Positions 1 to 11,744 of a stretch of DNA of 64,000 nt are shown one piece after another. The DNA lies in NCBI GenBank assembly GCA_965140585.1, contig OZ223270.1, forward strand, positions 608,001-672,000, read 5' to 3'. The notes below the pieces were generated by a model that saw only the letters and a list, made by a program, of their open reading frames with translations, was not told where the DNA came from and made no database searches. Position numbers and translations under genes: made by a program. The DNA is from Spirochaetia bacterium. Its GTDB lineage: Bacteria > Spirochaetota > Spirochaetia > UBA9216. The stretch's first letter is position 1. Each line of letters opens with the position of its first letter.

Positions 1-1996
1 GCACAATAAATCCATGGCCGCCGGCAGAAAGGGCCAGCAGGGCGTCGATACCCGCGTTCTGAACCCTGAATTCCGCATTGACTGTTTCCTTACTGAGGCT
101 CTTTTGAAGCATATCAATAATTTCAAAAATACTGCGCTCCCTTTCACTCAGATCTGCAACCTTCACAAGCCCGTATGCTGAAGCATTCTCCACTATGAAG
201 ATATTGGACTTCAGCTCGGGAACCTCCCTGTAGACCAGCTGCTCGATCTCCTTTGTTTTCTCAACGGCATCCTCAAGCAGGTACCCGTCTGGGAATGTGA
301 CGGCGATCTCTAATTCCCCTGTATCGACCGGAGGAATAAATGATGTTCCTATCGTTGTCAGAGAGAAAATAGTAATCAGCAGTACGGCAATAGCCATAAA
401 TAAAACAAAGCTGGTATTCTTCATTGCCGCAAAAAGGATCTTTCTGTACCCGGTATCGAGATGCGCAAGAAATTGCCCCATCACTCCTGAGATTCTGTAC
501 CCGATACCGGACTGCTTCGGAGTTTTAAGCGTTCTTGAAGAAAGAAAGGGTATGATTACAATGGCCACCAATAGAGAGCCGACGAGTGCAAAAAGCAGTG
601 TTTTTGAAATTGCTCCAAGGAAGATGCCGACGACGCCGGTTAAAAAAAGCAGGGGGATAAAAACACAGAGGGTGGTCGTTGTAGAAGCAACAACCGCTCC
701 GCCGATTTCCGCTGTACCAATCGACGCCGCGTCTTCCCTCTTTTTACCGAGCTTGAAGTGCCTGGTTATATTTTCGAGAACGACTATGGAAGGATCGACC
801 ATCATACCGAGGGCTACCGTCAGGCCGGCAAGCGATAATAGATTCAATGACATACCGCCGATATTGAAGCCGATTATACAGATTAGAATACTCAGGGGTA
901 TTGAGATACCGATGATAATCGTAGCCCTGATATTATGCAGGAACAGGAAAATAACAAAGATGGCAAGCATCGTTCCAAGACAGGCCGACTGAACGACAGT
1001 TGAAATACTCATATTCGTCATCATGCTGTCGTTCTTGATTTCCTGAAAATGCACCTTGCCCCCTGTTTCGTCGGAAAGGGTTTCAAGAGCCGCTTCAATT
1101 TTCTCAATCAGCTTGATTGTGTCGCCGCCCTCTTTCCGGTAAACCTCAAGATAGGGAACCGGTTTTCCTCCGGACAGAATAACCTCCTCAGGCGGTGTCG
1201 GGATAAACGAGACATCGGCTATGTCCTTCAGGTAGACAAAACCGCCATCGTTATGACCCGTGACCAGATTCCTGATTTCCTGCAGATTTGAAAATTCCCC
1301 GCTGGTCCTGATATTGACTTCCCGGTTTCGATAGGTTTCAGAACCAGCCGGTATTGTTATATTGGTTCTCTGGAGCAGCTGGTATACATCCAATACCGAT
1401 ATACTCTTCGCTTCCATCTGTTCAAGATGAAGGGTAATGCGCAGCTCCTTGTAGCGCCCCCCGGTTAGTTCAAGCCTGTTGACATCCTTGATACTGGTAA
1501 GTGTCGGAATGACGGTATCTTCAATATAAGAAGTAACCTCATACTCATCGGCATCACTTTCAACGATAAAACTGTACACGGGCAGAAAGGTAGCGACGGA
1601 TGTAACCGTTATTTCAGGGATACCGCTGATGTCTTCAGGAAGTTCGTCCGACACCATATTGATTTTTTCTCTGACAATCGGCAGCAGCGTATCGACTTCC
1701 TGGTCTTCGGGAAAGTTCATCGTTATTACGGATACGGAATCATATGAAACTGCTTTTATCTCCTTCAGGCCGGGTATGGTCGCGAGAGTATCTTCAAGGG
1801 GCTCAGTTACATCATCATTGACCTTCTCCGGGCCCACTCCGGGATATATAGTCACAACGCTCACCGTCGGCTGTTTGATATCCGGCAGAAAGGATGAGGT
1901 TATGGATGTAAATGATATAATACTGAAGAGGACTACGGTAACAAGCAGAATAATAATTATAACCGGATGCTTTATAGAAAAATCCGCTATTTTCAT
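1..1996 (-). CDS. RND efflux transporter permease (AcrB/AcrD/AcrF family), runs off the left edge
   Basis: Absent from the ORF track because it is truncated. Manual translation from ATG at 1996 gives MKIADFSIKHPVIIIILL...FLPDIKQPTVSVVTIYPGVGPEKVNDDVTEPLE, a typical AcrB-family N-terminus. ATGA overlap with the upstream adaptor stop. Confidence 0.92.
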   Translation of the reverse strand, partial: MKIADFSIKHPVIIIILLVTVVLFSIISFTSITSSFLPDIKQPTVSVVTIYPGVGPEKVNDDVTEPLEDTLATIPGLKEIKAVSYDSVSVITMNFPEDQEVDTLLPIVREKINMVSDELPEDISGIPEITVTSVATFLPVYSFIVESDADEYEVTSYIEDTVIPTLTSIKDVNRLELTGGRYKELRITLHLEQMEAKSISVLDVYQLLQRTNITIPAGSETYRNREVNIRTSGEFSNLQEIRNLVTGHNDGGFVYLKDIADVSFIPTPPEEVILSGGKPVPYLEVYRKEGGDTIKLIEKIEAALETLSDETGGKVHFQEIKNDSMMTNMSISTVVQSACLGTMLAIFVIFLFLHNIRATIIIGISIPLSILICIIGFNIGGMSLNLLSLAGLTVALGMMVDPSIVVLENITRHFKLGKKREDAASIGTAEIGGAVVASTTTTLCVFIPLLFLTGVVGIFLGAISKTLLFALVGSLLVAIVIIPFLSSRTLKTPKQSGIGYRISGVMGQFLAHLDTGYRKILFAAMKNTSFVLFMAIAVLLITIFSLTTIGTSFIPPVDTGELEIAVTFPDGYLLEDAVEKTKEIEQLVYREVPELKSNIFIVENASAYGLVKVADLSERERSIFEIIDMLQKSLSKETVNAEFRVQNAGIDALLALSAGGHGFIV

Positions 1997-3066
1997 GAAG
2001 GGTCTCCCTGAACAACACGGACTTTCTGCCCGTCCTTTAGAAAGAAGAACCCCTCCCTTATAAAGCTGTAATCCTTGTATTCACCGGGGATCTGAATATA
2101 GTCCTCATTGGAAAACAGGAAGGGAAGCTCAAGACGATGAGCCTGCTCCGTCTCAGGATCAACGTACCAGACGATATTCCCTTCACTGAGGGTTTCTATC
2201 GGCAGATAATATACATCCGCAGCTGTATCGAGGGTGAACGAAACCTTCATGAACATCCCCGGGCGAAGATCGTCCGGGGGTTCAATAAATTCACATACTG
2301 TTTCGAAACTCATTGATGAGGGGTTGACCACCGGTGAGATATACCTGACTTTGGCGAGGTAGGGCTGATCAGGCCTGTCCGGTCGAGTGAGAGAGACCCG
2401 CATACTCCCGTTTTTTTTCAGAAAAAACTCATAATAATGATCCGGAACGGAAACCTTCAGGATCAAATCTTCTATAGTTCCTATGGTTAGAATAGGAACC
2501 TGGGATGAAACCAGTGAGCCTGTATCGGTATGTATATTCAGAACAACACCGCTTATCGGGGCTTTTATGTTCGAGAAACCGAACTGCAGCCTGGCCAGTT
2601 CATATTGTGCCTGATTTGATTCAAATGAAGCCTTCGCCTGTTCATAGACCTGCCGGCTTGTCGCCCTGGATTCATATAACTGAGACTGCCTTTCATATAC
2701 GCTTTTAGACGTCAGATACGCGGTTTCCGCCTGACTTAGAGATAGCTGCAATTGCTCACTCTCTATACGCCCGATAATATCATCCTTGATGATGTAATCT
2801 CCGACCTCAACATTCAGTTCTTCAAGAGTCCCGGATGTTTTCGGCAGAAGATTGACCGTATCGTTGGACTCGAGATAGCCGTTTAGCGTATAACTCTTAA
2901 TAAGATCTCCGAACTCTGGCTTTGTGATGCTGACGGGCAGAACTACTTCTTCTTTCTGCTTTTCCTGCTGATTGTTCTTTTGGTACCAGATTAGAATTAC
3001 GATAACAACAAGAATAATTATTGAGATCAGCCTGAAATCTATTAATGGTTTCTTCTTATGCTCCAT
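1993..3066 (-). CDS. RND efflux periplasmic adaptor (membrane fusion protein)
   Basis: N-terminal TM; lipoyl-like halves (SGTLEELNVEVGD; IKAPISGVV) flanking a coiled coil; LRPGMF motif. Confidence 0.92.
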   Translation of the reverse strand: MEHKKKPLIDFRLISIIILVVIVILIWYQKNNQQEKQKEEVVLPVSITKPEFGDLIKSYTLNGYLESNDTVNLLPKTSGTLEELNVEVGDYIIKDDIIGRIESEQLQLSLSQAETAYLTSKSVYERQSQLYESRATSRQVYEQAKASFESNQAQYELARLQFGFSNIKAPISGVVLNIHTDTGSLVSSQVPILTIGTIEDLILKVSVPDHYYEFFLKKNGSMRVSLTRPDRPDQPYLAKVRYISPVVNPSSMSFETVCEFIEPPDDLRPGMFMKVSFTLDTAADVYYLPIETLSEGNIVWYVDPETEQAHRLELPFLFSNEDYIQIPGEYKDYSFIREGFFFLKDGQKVRVVQGDPS

Positions 3067-3194
3067 GCAATGTACTCCGTGCTCATAATGTAAATATTAT
3101 TCTGTAAGTAATTGAAGTGACAGGTGTAATTAAAACTGTCATTAAATTAAAAGAAAGCTTTTCTTTTAAGCACATATCTGTAAAAATAAAGATT

Positions 3195-4529
3195 ATGAAA
3201 CGGAATCGCCCTTTCAATATGTATGAGCAGAATACCTGGCTGTTTATATTCAGACTCTGGGTGCTGTGTCGCCTGTTGATCTGGATCTTCAACGAACCCC
3301 TTGTATGGGTGCTTACCTTCGGCCGCGGAAACGGTCCGTTGACAGGGGGGAACCTTTATCTTGCTATATGGGCGGAATTAGTCGTAGTCATCTTAAGCTG
3401 GTTCCCTGCATTGAGAATAAAATTGGGCCGGCGGCATACCGACATCATGGTAGCAATTCATATTATCACTGTAATTTTTATAAACTATCTATGGAATTAC
3501 GCCCCTTTAGAGATGGGCAACCTGAAATCAACCCAGTTATTGATATTAAACCGCGGCTGGAGCCTGTTCTTTCTGGTTTCTACAGTTTTACTTGCGTGGC
3601 AGTACAGGTTCAGAAGTGTCATCATATCGGTATCGGCAATGATTATCACAGATATACTTTTACTCTATATTAAGCTGCCATGGGATGTTTTTTCACAGAT
3701 TGCACTGAGTTCGGTATTCAACTTCTTCGGACTGGCATTGATAGGATACATAATCTGCCTATTGGTTGTTCAGTTGAAATCCCGTAATAAATCACTGCAC
3801 GACATGAATCGTAAACTGGCAAACCATGCAGCAACTATTGAAGAGCTGGCTATCAGTTGGGAGCGGAACCGCCTTGCCCAAGAACTTCATGATACTCTGG
3901 CCCATTCACTAAGCGCACTTGCCGTACAGATCGAAGCGGTTCGAAGCCTCTGGGACGTTGATAACGAGAAAGCATTCGGCCTGCTTAACCAGGCCGATGA
4001 AATCACACGCAACGGTCTCAGTGAAGCCCGCGGAGCATTGCAAGCGCTGAGAGCCGTTCCCTTACAGGATCTGGGATTGATAAACGCTCTTGAAAACCTG
4101 GCTGATGAATCAGCCGAACGCATTAACGCAACCCTCATCAAGGATATCCCCGATACACCAATTGCCGATATTTCGATGCACCTCGAACAGACAATTTACA
4201 GAATAGCACAGGAAAGCCTGGAAAATGTCGTCAGGCATTCCATGGCAAAGAATATTACATTACGCCTTACCCTTGTAGCTGAACAACCGGAATTCAAATC
4301 ATTGATCATGGAGGTTTCCGACGACGGAATTGGTTTTGATATCGGGAATATACAGGAACCAATCGATCCAAATCAACAAAGATGGGGGTTGATCGGGTTA
4401 CAGGAACGTGCCGCCCTGGTAGGCGGTTCATTGGATATCATCTCGAGTCCCGGGTCCGGAACCAGAATCCGGCTTCATATAAAGCTGGGAGAAACGGGGG
4501 AATCAAATGATCAGCATTCTTATTTGTGA
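3195..4529 (+). CDS. Membrane sensor histidine kinase, HisKA_3 (NarX/LiaS type)
   Basis: Several TMs, ERNRLAQELHDTLAH H-box, QESLENVVRHS N-box, DDGIGF, GLIGLQERA. The ATG start at 3195 was chosen by eye. Confidence 0.92.
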   Translation: MKRNRPFNMYEQNTWLFIFRLWVLCRLLIWIFNEPLVWVLTFGRGNGPLTGGNLYLAIWAELVVVILSWFPALRIKLGRRHTDIMVAIHIITVIFINYLWNYAPLEMGNLKSTQLLILNRGWSLFFLVSTVLLAWQYRFRSVIISVSAMIITDILLLYIKLPWDVFSQIALSSVFNFFGLALIGYIICLLVVQLKSRNKSLHDMNRKLANHAATIEELAISWERNRLAQELHDTLAHSLSALAVQIEAVRSLWDVDNEKAFGLLNQADEITRNGLSEARGALQALRAVPLQDLGLINALENLADESAERINATLIKDIPDTPIADISMHLEQTIYRIAQESLENVVRHSMAKNITLRLTLVAEQPEFKSLIMEVSDDGIGFDIGNIQEPIDPNQQRWGLIGLQERAALVGGSLDIISSPGSGTRIRLHIKLGETGESNDQHSYL

Positions 4530-5151
4530 TGATCAATCCGTTGTAAGAGAGGGGGTGGCGGCTATAATAGGCTCCGATCCCGAAATAGAAAACATCAGTA
4601 CGGCAAGCAGCGGCAGTGAAGCTATTGAAATCATCAAAATGAACCCTCCGGATATTGTGCTCATGGATTTAAACATGCCTGAAATGAACGGGATTCAGGC
4701 TACAAAGCTATTAAAACAGCTCTACCCAACGCTGCCTGTACTGATTCTCACAACCTACGCTCATGATGAATGGATCTTCGACGCTCTGAAAGCCGGGGCA
4801 GCGGGATATCTGCTGAAAGATACCCGGAAAGAAGAATTGCTGAAAGCAATCAAGGGTACTGTTTCAGGTCTTACGTTTCTTGATCCATCTATCGCAGGGC
4901 GGCTTTTAAAACAATTGCCCCAAATCGAGTTCTCCCGCCGGGACAGTTTCTCAAATGATTTCACGGAAAAAGAACTGGCAATCTTGAAATATATTGTAAA
5001 GGGATATACGAACCCGCAGATCGGAGAAAAATTATTTTTAGCACCCGGAACCGTGCGGAACTATGCCAGTGTTATTTTCGGCAAACTCGGCGTGTCCGAC
5101 CGAACCCAGGCGGCAATCAAGGCTGTCCAGATGGGTCTGGTCGAGGCATGA
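4507..5151 (+). CDS. NarL/LuxR-family response regulator
   Basis: REC domain (ILICDD, LMDLNMP, GYLLK) plus LuxR HTH; overlaps the kinase. Confidence 0.95.
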   Translation: MISILICDDQSVVREGVAAIIGSDPEIENISTASSGSEAIEIIKMNPPDIVLMDLNMPEMNGIQATKLLKQLYPTLPVLILTTYAHDEWIFDALKAGAAGYLLKDTRKEELLKAIKGTVSGLTFLDPSIAGRLLKQLPQIEFSRRDSFSNDFTEKELAILKYIVKGYTNPQIGEKLFLAPGTVRNYASVIFGKLGVSDRTQAAIKAVQMGLVEA

Positions 5152-5177
5152 TAATTACCCAGATTGAACCGATTTCA

Positions 5178-5207
5178 GCATCAGGGATCATTCTATTTCC
5201 TTGATGC
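5178..5207 (+). terminator. Stem-loop after the response regulator
   Basis: GCATCAGGGA...TCCTTGATGC inverted repeat; no clear U-tract. Confidence 0.45.
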
Positions 5208-5390
5208 CTCCTCTGATTATTGTAATAGGAAACATCCCCAGAGATAATTTGCCTTCTTTATCTCAAGAATCAGCTTTTTGATATCATTGGTAATCGGTTT
5301 CCTACCAGGAGGATCCCCAAAATCAATAATTTACTGGAATATTAGTACTAATTATTGATTTCAGGTAAGCCATCAATAACACTTAAATTT

Positions 5391-7538
5391 ATGGGTAGAA
5401 TTGTTAGGTTTTACTTTCTGTCTAATCTTCTCTTAATTATATTCGCATTTTCAGTTTTCGGCACAGATTTTGAGAGACCCAAAGAGATACTAATTCTTAA
5501 TTCATACCATCAGACTTATGACTGGACTGCTTCAATACTGAATGCAGTAACTGAAAGCATAAGTAAAGATTATCCTGATTTAGAGTATCAGATTGAATAT
5601 ATGGATACAAAAAGGCTGCAATCCGAAAGCTATTTTGAGTTTCTATTTGAACTATACAGTCTTAAATATAAGTCTTCCAGTTTCAATCTTGTTTTCACTA
5701 CCGATGACCATGCTTTTCAGTTTATGTTGAAATATGGAGACTCTCTTTTTCCAGGAGTTCCGGTTGTATTCTCGGGAGTAAATTCCTTCAGTGAAGAAAT
5801 GCTCGATGAGCATATTAATTATACAGGCGTTGTTGAAGACATCCAGATAAAAGAAACTATCGACATTGCCTTAACATTGCGTCCTGATACCGATTACATT
5901 TTTATCATAGGTGATAATTCATATACAGCAAGGGCCAACAAAGAAAGAGTTAAGCAGGTTGAATCTCTGTATCCTCCTCAGGAGCTGGCGTTCATTTATT
6001 CTAATGGTGACAACATAGACCGTGTAATTGACGAGTTAAACCCCCTCACTGATAGAGGAGTAATATTATGGTTTGGTTTTTTAATTGATGCTGATGGTAA
6101 ACAATATAGTAACGATGAAACCCTGGAATTAATATCAGATTTATCAAAACTGCCAATTTTTAGTTGTTGGGATTTTACACTGAATCATGGTGCTGTCGGT
6201 GGATTAGTTACAAGTGGAATTGCTCAGGGAAGAAAATCCGCAGAATTAATAAAGGAGATTCTTTCCGGTATTAAGCCTCAGTATATTCCAGTAGTTACCA
6301 AGAGCCCAAATATGTATATGTTTGATAAAAAACTAATGGATAGATTCAATATCTCGCTTAAAGATCTTCCTGACAGCAGTTTTGTTATAAATAAACCTGA
6401 TTCTTTTTTTAGTCAAAATAAAAAAATATTAGTATGGATTTTCGCGCTTTTTCTTCTCTTATGCCTGGTAATTATATTTCTGTTATTATATGTCCTTCAG
6501 AAAAAGAGAGCCCAAAAGAAATTATTTGCCATAAACTCTTTGCTTCGGTCAATTATTAATAGCCCTTCCGACATGAATATCTGGTCTGTAGACCAGGAAT
6601 TCAAGTATACTTTTTTTAATGCAACTCATAAGAAAAGTATGAAAGCAGTCTGGGGTGTGGATATTGATATTGGTCATAATTTTTTTGACTATGTCGAAGC
6701 AAATTATCGTTCCACTGTTGAGTATAGATATGAAGGTGCATTAAATGGTGATGATTTCTATATAGTTACGGAAATATCAGGAAAAGATGGTTCTTCGGAT
6801 TATTATGATAATTATTCCAGTCCAATTTACAATGAAGATAATGAAATTGTGGGGCTAACTGTTTTTGCAATCGAAATCACCAAAAGGAAAATGGCTGAAG
6901 ACAGAATTTATGAATCTCTGAAGGAGAAAGAGATTTTATTAAAAGAGATTCATCACCGAGTAAAAAATAATCTTCAGATAGTTTCCAGCATGCTGAATCT
7001 GCAGAAACCAAATATTATTGATTCAAATGACAGAGATCTTTTGTGTGAAAGTATTAATAGAATAGATTCAATGTCCCTGATCCATGAACTTCTTTATAAT
7101 TCAGAAAATTTAAGCAGCATTGATATGCAGGACTATTTTACCGATCTTGTTTCGAATATCAGCAATACAATTGAGGGGGCCCGGCAGCCCGTTTCAGTAA
7201 TATTTAAAATTGATAAGATATCTTTGAATATAAATATCGCAGTTCCGCTAGGTCTTGTAAGTAATGAAATAATTACGAATTGCTATAAGCATGCTTTTTC
7301 GGGTATAGATAATCCCATGATAATAATTACAATGAGTATTGAGGATGATGAGTTACTTTTACTAAAGATAAAAGACAATGGAAACGGCTATAATACAGAA
7401 TATAATTTAAAGAAGAGGGGGACTCTAGGCTTTGAGTTAATAAATGGTCTGACTGAGCAGGTCAATGGAGAATATGAAATGATTTCCCAAATTAATGGTC
7501 TTGAGTTTGTTTTCAGAATCCCCTTAAGTGCTGATTAG
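5391..7538 (+). CDS. Sensor histidine kinase: periplasmic ABC-substrate-binding-like domain, TM, PAS, HisKA_2/HATPase
   Basis: [21 protein letters not shown]; [14 protein letters not shown]; [12 protein letters not shown]; DNGNG. Confidence 0.9.
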   Translation: MGRIVRFYFLSNLLLIIFAFSVFGTDFERPKEILILNSYHQTYDWTASILNAVTESISKDYPDLEYQIEYMDTKRLQSESYFEFLFELYSLKYKSSSFNLVFTTDDHAFQFMLKYGDSLFPGVPVVFSGVNSFSEEMLDEHINYTGVVEDIQIKETIDIALTLRPDTDYIFIIGDNSYTARANKERVKQVESLYPPQELAFIYSNGDNIDRVIDELNPLTDRGVILWFGFLIDADGKQYSNDETLELISDLSKLPIFSCWDFTLNHGAVGGLVTSGIAQGRKSAELIKEILSGIKPQYIPVVTKSPNMYMFDKKLMDRFNISLKDLPDSSFVINKPDSFFSQNKKILVWIFALFLLLCLVIIFLLLYVLQKKRAQKKLFAINSLLRSIINSPSDMNIWSVDQEFKYTFFNATHKKSMKAVWGVDIDIGHNFFDYVEANYRSTVEYRYEGALNGDDFYIVTEISGKDGSSDYYDNYSSPIYNEDNEIVGLTVFAIEITKRKMAEDRIYESLKEKEILLKEIHHRVKNNLQIVSSMLNLQKPNIIDSNDRDLLCESINRIDSMSLIHELLYNSENLSSIDMQDYFTDLVSNISNTIEGARQPVSVIFKIDKISLNINIAVPLGLVSNEIITNCYKHAFSGIDNPMIIITMSIEDDELLLLKIKDNGNGYNTEYNLKKRGTLGFELINGLTEQVNGEYEMISQINGLEFVFRIPLSAD

Positions 7539-7795
7539 GTTAATTCGGTTCATCATATGGATACCAATACATCTAAGGTTTATATCACTCGAGTTAAATT
7601 ATTATCTAATTAACAAATAGGTAATAGGGAAAAAAGTTGCAAAAAGCTTGGTCGTCCTGTAACTTTTTTCTATGTTCTGTGACTATAAAAAATCACCTAT
7701 TTTATACAAGGACTATTGATGCTTTTTTAACAAAAAGAGATAAGAAGCCCACGCTCCAGGCAGCGATACTGCACCGGAGGGGCGCCTGACTATTA

Positions 7796-8145
7796 CTAGG
7801 GTTTCAAACTCGTTAGATAGTGCATTCCGCCGTTAATTGAACTATCGATAGACTGGACAGGGTTCTTCGAAGTAAAGTCAAAGCCTGTAAACTTGGAAGA
7901 ATCAGTAAGATCAATTGATTTGGAATCGGTGCTCGCATCCCCTTTCTCAACACCTGCACGACCTGAATTAAAGTAACAATTTTTAATGCTATCTTTATAT
8001 CCTATAGTTCCGGCAAAACCTGATACTCCCATTCTTCGGATCACCTTTTACCGCCCCGGCGGCATTGCAGTTTAAAACCTGTTGCCCCGCCACTGCTAAG
8101 GGATGACCGACGGCATGTCCGACAAAGCCGCCGACGCTGCAACAA
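7796..8145 (-). pseudogene. Remnant of a GLUG-motif surface protein (3' end)
   Basis: Manual translation SVGGFVG...VLNCNAAGAVKG, then a frameshift into VSGFAGTIGY...IKNCYFNS...FTGFDF...INGGMHYL; no start or signal peptide. Confidence 0.6.
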
Positions 8146-8178
8146 GCTATGCTGCTTTCGAAGACGGTAGAGCCTTAA

Positions 8179-8352
8179 TCATCGACCATCTGCCTGCTTT
8201 CCCAGAGTAAAAATAATGGCTTGTACTCCTTGATTATTTTTCTGGGTGTGCAAGACTTGCTTGCGAATCAACCTTTGGAGTTTTTTTCTGTAGCGCTTGG
8301 AGAAGATGATTTTGAATACAGATTGGAGGAGTAAAATCAGGAATTTGAACAT
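8179..8352 (-). pseudogene. Possible 5' fragment of an integrase-core transposase
   Basis: MFKFLILLLQSVFKIIFSKR resembles the N-terminus MFSFLCFLLISIFNKFFRKR of the transposase remnant at 58188. Confidence 0.3.
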
Positions 8353-8442
8353 ATTACATTAACGGCAGTCTTTAATAATGGAAGAATTTCCACATTAGTT
8401 GATTAAACTATAGCACGGGACACGATATGTTTCCTTGGTTCA

Positions 8443-9426
8443 TTATTTCTTATTAATTTTTACCCATTCTTGAATTACATTCAATAATTCATTATCATAA
8501 TCGGCATGTTCATATCCTAAAATATCCATTGAATATCCGGGATCAAGAAAAGCATCCATATATTGAAGTTTGGTAAATTTTCCAATATTCAAACCTCGCT
8601 CTATTCCTTGCAGCCGCAGGATAAATGCACTGATGATACCGAACATTTTAAATACGACTGAATATAAAGGTATTATAATTTTTTCTTTTTTTGTTGTTTC
8701 AAAATATTTCTTTGCAAAATCTGTCCATTTATAGTTTTTCCCACCGAGCGGGTATGCTTTACCACCTATACCTTGTTCGATTGCACCAATTGCTGCCTGT
8801 CCAACTTGAACAGCAGTTACGGCAGCTGTACCACCTTTCGTAAAGAAAAGAGTTACTTTCCCTGGTGTAGCAAGCATTGAAAACAGGAATGTCCAAGGGG
8901 GTACTTTACCCTCCTGAGTTCCTAATATATAGGGTAATTCCAAAACAAATGTATCAAATCCTGTACTTGTTTCTTTCAGAACAGCAATTCGTTGTTCTTT
9001 TCTTGTCTTTATATAAATATGGTTGCTTGCCAATCTTAACTTTGGAAATTTATTCTCAAAATAGGTAAAATAACTTCCCAGAACAACGATTTTTTTTACC
9101 CCAACAGCCTTAGCAATTTTAAGAATTTTCAAACATTTTTCTACATGATCTTGATGAAATTGTGGATAAGCAGGGCGTTTGTATGTTTGGCGATCGTCAA
9201 TCCCCAATGCATATACGACCCCTTCTTGTCCGGCCAATATGTTACTTATCTCCTCATCCGTTAATTTATAAATATCACCCTTAACATGCCGTAGATTCTC
9301 ATCAGAAATATTTGTCCTTTCAATATTACCCCGCGAAAGTATCGTAACATTATGACTACGTTTTAATGCTTCATTAGCAATATGAGATCCTAATAAACCG
9401 CTTCCACCAAAAATAAATATATTCAT
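8443..9426 (-). CDS. NAD-dependent epimerase/dehydratase (extended SDR)
   Basis: MNIFIFGGSGLLG Rossmann motif; YIKTR catalytic-like motif. Confidence 0.85.
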   Translation of the reverse strand: MNIFIFGGSGLLGSHIANEALKRSHNVTILSRGNIERTNISDENLRHVKGDIYKLTDEEISNILAGQEGVVYALGIDDRQTYKRPAYPQFHQDHVEKCLKILKIAKAVGVKKIVVLGSYFTYFENKFPKLRLASNHIYIKTRKEQRIAVLKETSTGFDTFVLELPYILGTQEGKVPPWTFLFSMLATPGKVTLFFTKGGTAAVTAVQVGQAAIGAIEQGIGGKAYPLGGKNYKWTDFAKKYFETTKKEKIIIPLYSVVFKMFGIISAFILRLQGIERGLNIGKFTKLQYMDAFLDPGYSMDILGYEHADYDNELLNVIQEWVKINKK

Positions 9427-9939
9427 ATCTGACCTTAACAATAATATACTAAAAAGATGGAAGATCAAGAAGAAAACTCACTATAGCTTCCGGTTCCAGC
9501 GCCCCATTCACGAAGATACTGCCATATGGCTGAATCCGAATCTTCAATTTTTGTGTTAATTAAGGTCAACTCGCGTCTCGATCCTTTGAATATTTCCGGA
9601 TATTCATCAGCAGTTCTTACAGCCAGTCTGCCTCAGTTTTCTCATTAATATCATATATTGTCTATTTAGGTTTATGGGCACCACTCGGATGGACGGAGCT
9701 TATTCAATTAACATCATTCTTTTTATTCACAAATATATTGGGTATCAGTCATATAAGGAAATTGAAAGACTCAATGACCGGTACGCCCGGGCTGTGACTT
9801 TTTATACTTTTAGGTAATGCTCCGGTAATAATGGTGATGCAACCTTACCCCCTCCTGGCAGATCTCCCGAGGGTGTATATCAAAATATTTCGTTATCAGA
9901 GAATCCGATGGAAATAAACTACACCACGGGAGAGTTAAG

Positions 9940-11142
9940 TTAAAATATATCAGCCGTATTTTTTTTAAATTCAACTTCGGGATACAAAACAGATTGGTTT
10001 ATTAGTAAATCGCTGTTTTTTCCCAACAAGTAGTAATCAAAGAAGGCGGAAAGATAAGCATTAACCAGGTCTAAACTATGTCGATATTCCACATCACCAG
10101 ATAAATAATCACTAAAAAGCGGGGCATCAGAAAAACTAAAATGCATAAAGCCCTTAACATTCAGGTAATAAAAATCGCTTGAACTATGGCTTATAACCTG
10201 GCTCAGGTTTGACTTAAATTCCTTAATAAATGAGGGTGATGTTATTTCACCTTCCGAATCAGCTTTGGCTTTTTCAGCAGCTTCCAAGGTTTGAGAAGCT
10301 TGTAAATACATTAATGGAACGGAAATTCCGGTTTCACATACCGATCCCCACACTCCGCCTTCTTCGCTGAAAACAGCCTTAATGCGATCATCTTCCGAGG
10401 CTAATTGCAACACGGTTGCCCCACCCAAGGAATGACCAAAGGCAGCAATCTTTGTTGTATCGATCCGTTGGTTTAAGTTTAACTCAGGGTTGTCCTTATA
10501 GTTAAGAACATAATTCAAGGCAGTCTGAACATCTTTCACACGAATTTCTAACTCCTCAGGAACCGAATAATCACCCTCTTTAAATGCACCTTTAAAGCGA
10601 TCCTCAGAACGTATTATTTGTCCGTCAGGAAAAATAACCGCCCCTGAGGTATAGGGATGATCTACTCCAACAACTATGTAACCCTTAGAAACTAAATGAC
10701 TAATTTGAACCATACTCTGAAAGCGGGTTGAATTATTTCCTGGTGAAAATAATATTAACGGATAAGAAGTTCGAGCTTCACTTAATGGAACGTCAGCATA
10801 CGTATTAGTTGGAATTTCATGCAGATAGTTAAAGCCCTTAGCTAATTTTGAATTAAGCGACTTTAAGACCTCTTCGATTTCTGTACCATACAAAACTGGA
10901 CTTTTCCCCTCAATCGCAGACTTATCAACGGGGTACCAGAGCTGTATCATAAAGCGCCGTTTTTCACCGAGGGTTTTTGCATAAATATCTAACTGATCCT
11001 CATTAGTGAGTTCGATAGCTTTCGAACCAACAGCAAAACGACCTTCAGTTTTTGGAAAGTCAAAATTCCTATATAGGGTTTTACAAGAAACTAATGAAAG
11101 TATACTAACCATAAATATAAACATTAATTTATTTTTTTTCAT
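9940..11142 (-). CDS. Lipoprotein alpha/beta hydrolase (PAF-acetylhydrolase-like)
   Basis: Lipobox LVSC, QLWYP, GYIVVGVDHPY, GHSLGG nucleophile, HFSFSD. Confidence 0.88.
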   Translation of the reverse strand: MKKNKLMFIFMVSILSLVSCKTLYRNFDFPKTEGRFAVGSKAIELTNEDQLDIYAKTLGEKRRFMIQLWYPVDKSAIEGKSPVLYGTEIEEVLKSLNSKLAKGFNYLHEIPTNTYADVPLSEARTSYPLILFSPGNNSTRFQSMVQISHLVSKGYIVVGVDHPYTSGAVIFPDGQIIRSEDRFKGAFKEGDYSVPEELEIRVKDVQTALNYVLNYKDNPELNLNQRIDTTKIAAFGHSLGGATVLQLASEDDRIKAVFSEEGGVWGSVCETGISVPLMYLQASQTLEAAEKAKADSEGEITSPSFIKEFKSNLSQVISHSSSDFYYLNVKGFMHFSFSDAPLFSDYLSGDVEYRHSLDLVNAYLSAFFDYYLLGKNSDLLINQSVLYPEVEFKKNTADIF

Positions 11143-11737
11143 TGCTGTCATCCTTTAATGTTTTTAATAAAATTTTATAAAATTCTTCTTGCGTAAACCG
11201 GGGACTTTCAAAAAATAAATCTCCGCGAAACCTAAACCCTAAATTCATGAGCACACAAAACTCAGCAATAGCCTGATTATTAATTCTTTTATCTACAAAG
11301 TCTAAGCTTTTCCCAAGTTCAATCCAGGTTTTTATAGCCTTTGTTGCTTTATCAAGAATATTCTTTAACAAATCAGAAACCTGAGATTCTTGATCTTGAG
11401 AAAATAGATATTTAAGAATCTTATTCACTGCAGAATCTGGATTGTTATAAGTACCAATATTTATTTGAAAAAGCTTTAAATATTCGTCTAAATCTTTTGG
11501 GTTTGATTGTAAAGAATCCAAAAACTGAGTTTCGTAGTTTTTTAATAAGTCTTCTAAAACAAGGGTAAATAACTCATTTTTATTTCGCACATAATGAAAT
11601 ATTCCACCTTTCGATAAACCACTGAGTTGTACTAAATCCTGAAAGGTAAAATTTGTACAGGATTTTTCATTGATAAGTTGTATAGTCGCGGAAATGATTA
11701 CCTTTACACTCGCTTCCGGATTTTTTTGTCTTCCCAT
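11129..11737 (-). CDS. TetR/AcrR-family regulator
   Basis: HTH LSKGGIFHYVRNKNEL. Confidence 0.9.
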   Translation of the reverse strand: MGRQKNPEASVKVIISATIQLINEKSCTNFTFQDLVQLSGLSKGGIFHYVRNKNELFTLVLEDLLKNYETQFLDSLQSNPKDLDEYLKLFQINIGTYNNPDSAVNKILKYLFSQDQESQVSDLLKNILDKATKAIKTWIELGKSLDFVDKRINNQAIAEFCVLMNLGFRFRGDLFFESPRFTQEEFYKILLKTLKDDSNEKK

Positions 11738-11744
11738 ACTTGTC

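Noticed and set aside
297-2063. Plus-strand ORFs of 231, 80 and 144 aa
   Set aside because: Antisense shadows of the AcrB-family gene. The same applies to most short track ORFs overlapping long genes.
3118-3141. TGACAG-N12-CTGTCA dyad as a NarL-type operator
   Set aside because: Plausible position, but a 6-bp dyad alone is too weak to call.
9470-9635. Open frame upstream of the epimerase (GRLAVRTADEYPEIFKG...)
   Set aside because: No start or RBS; resemblance to a hydrolase fragment is too weak.
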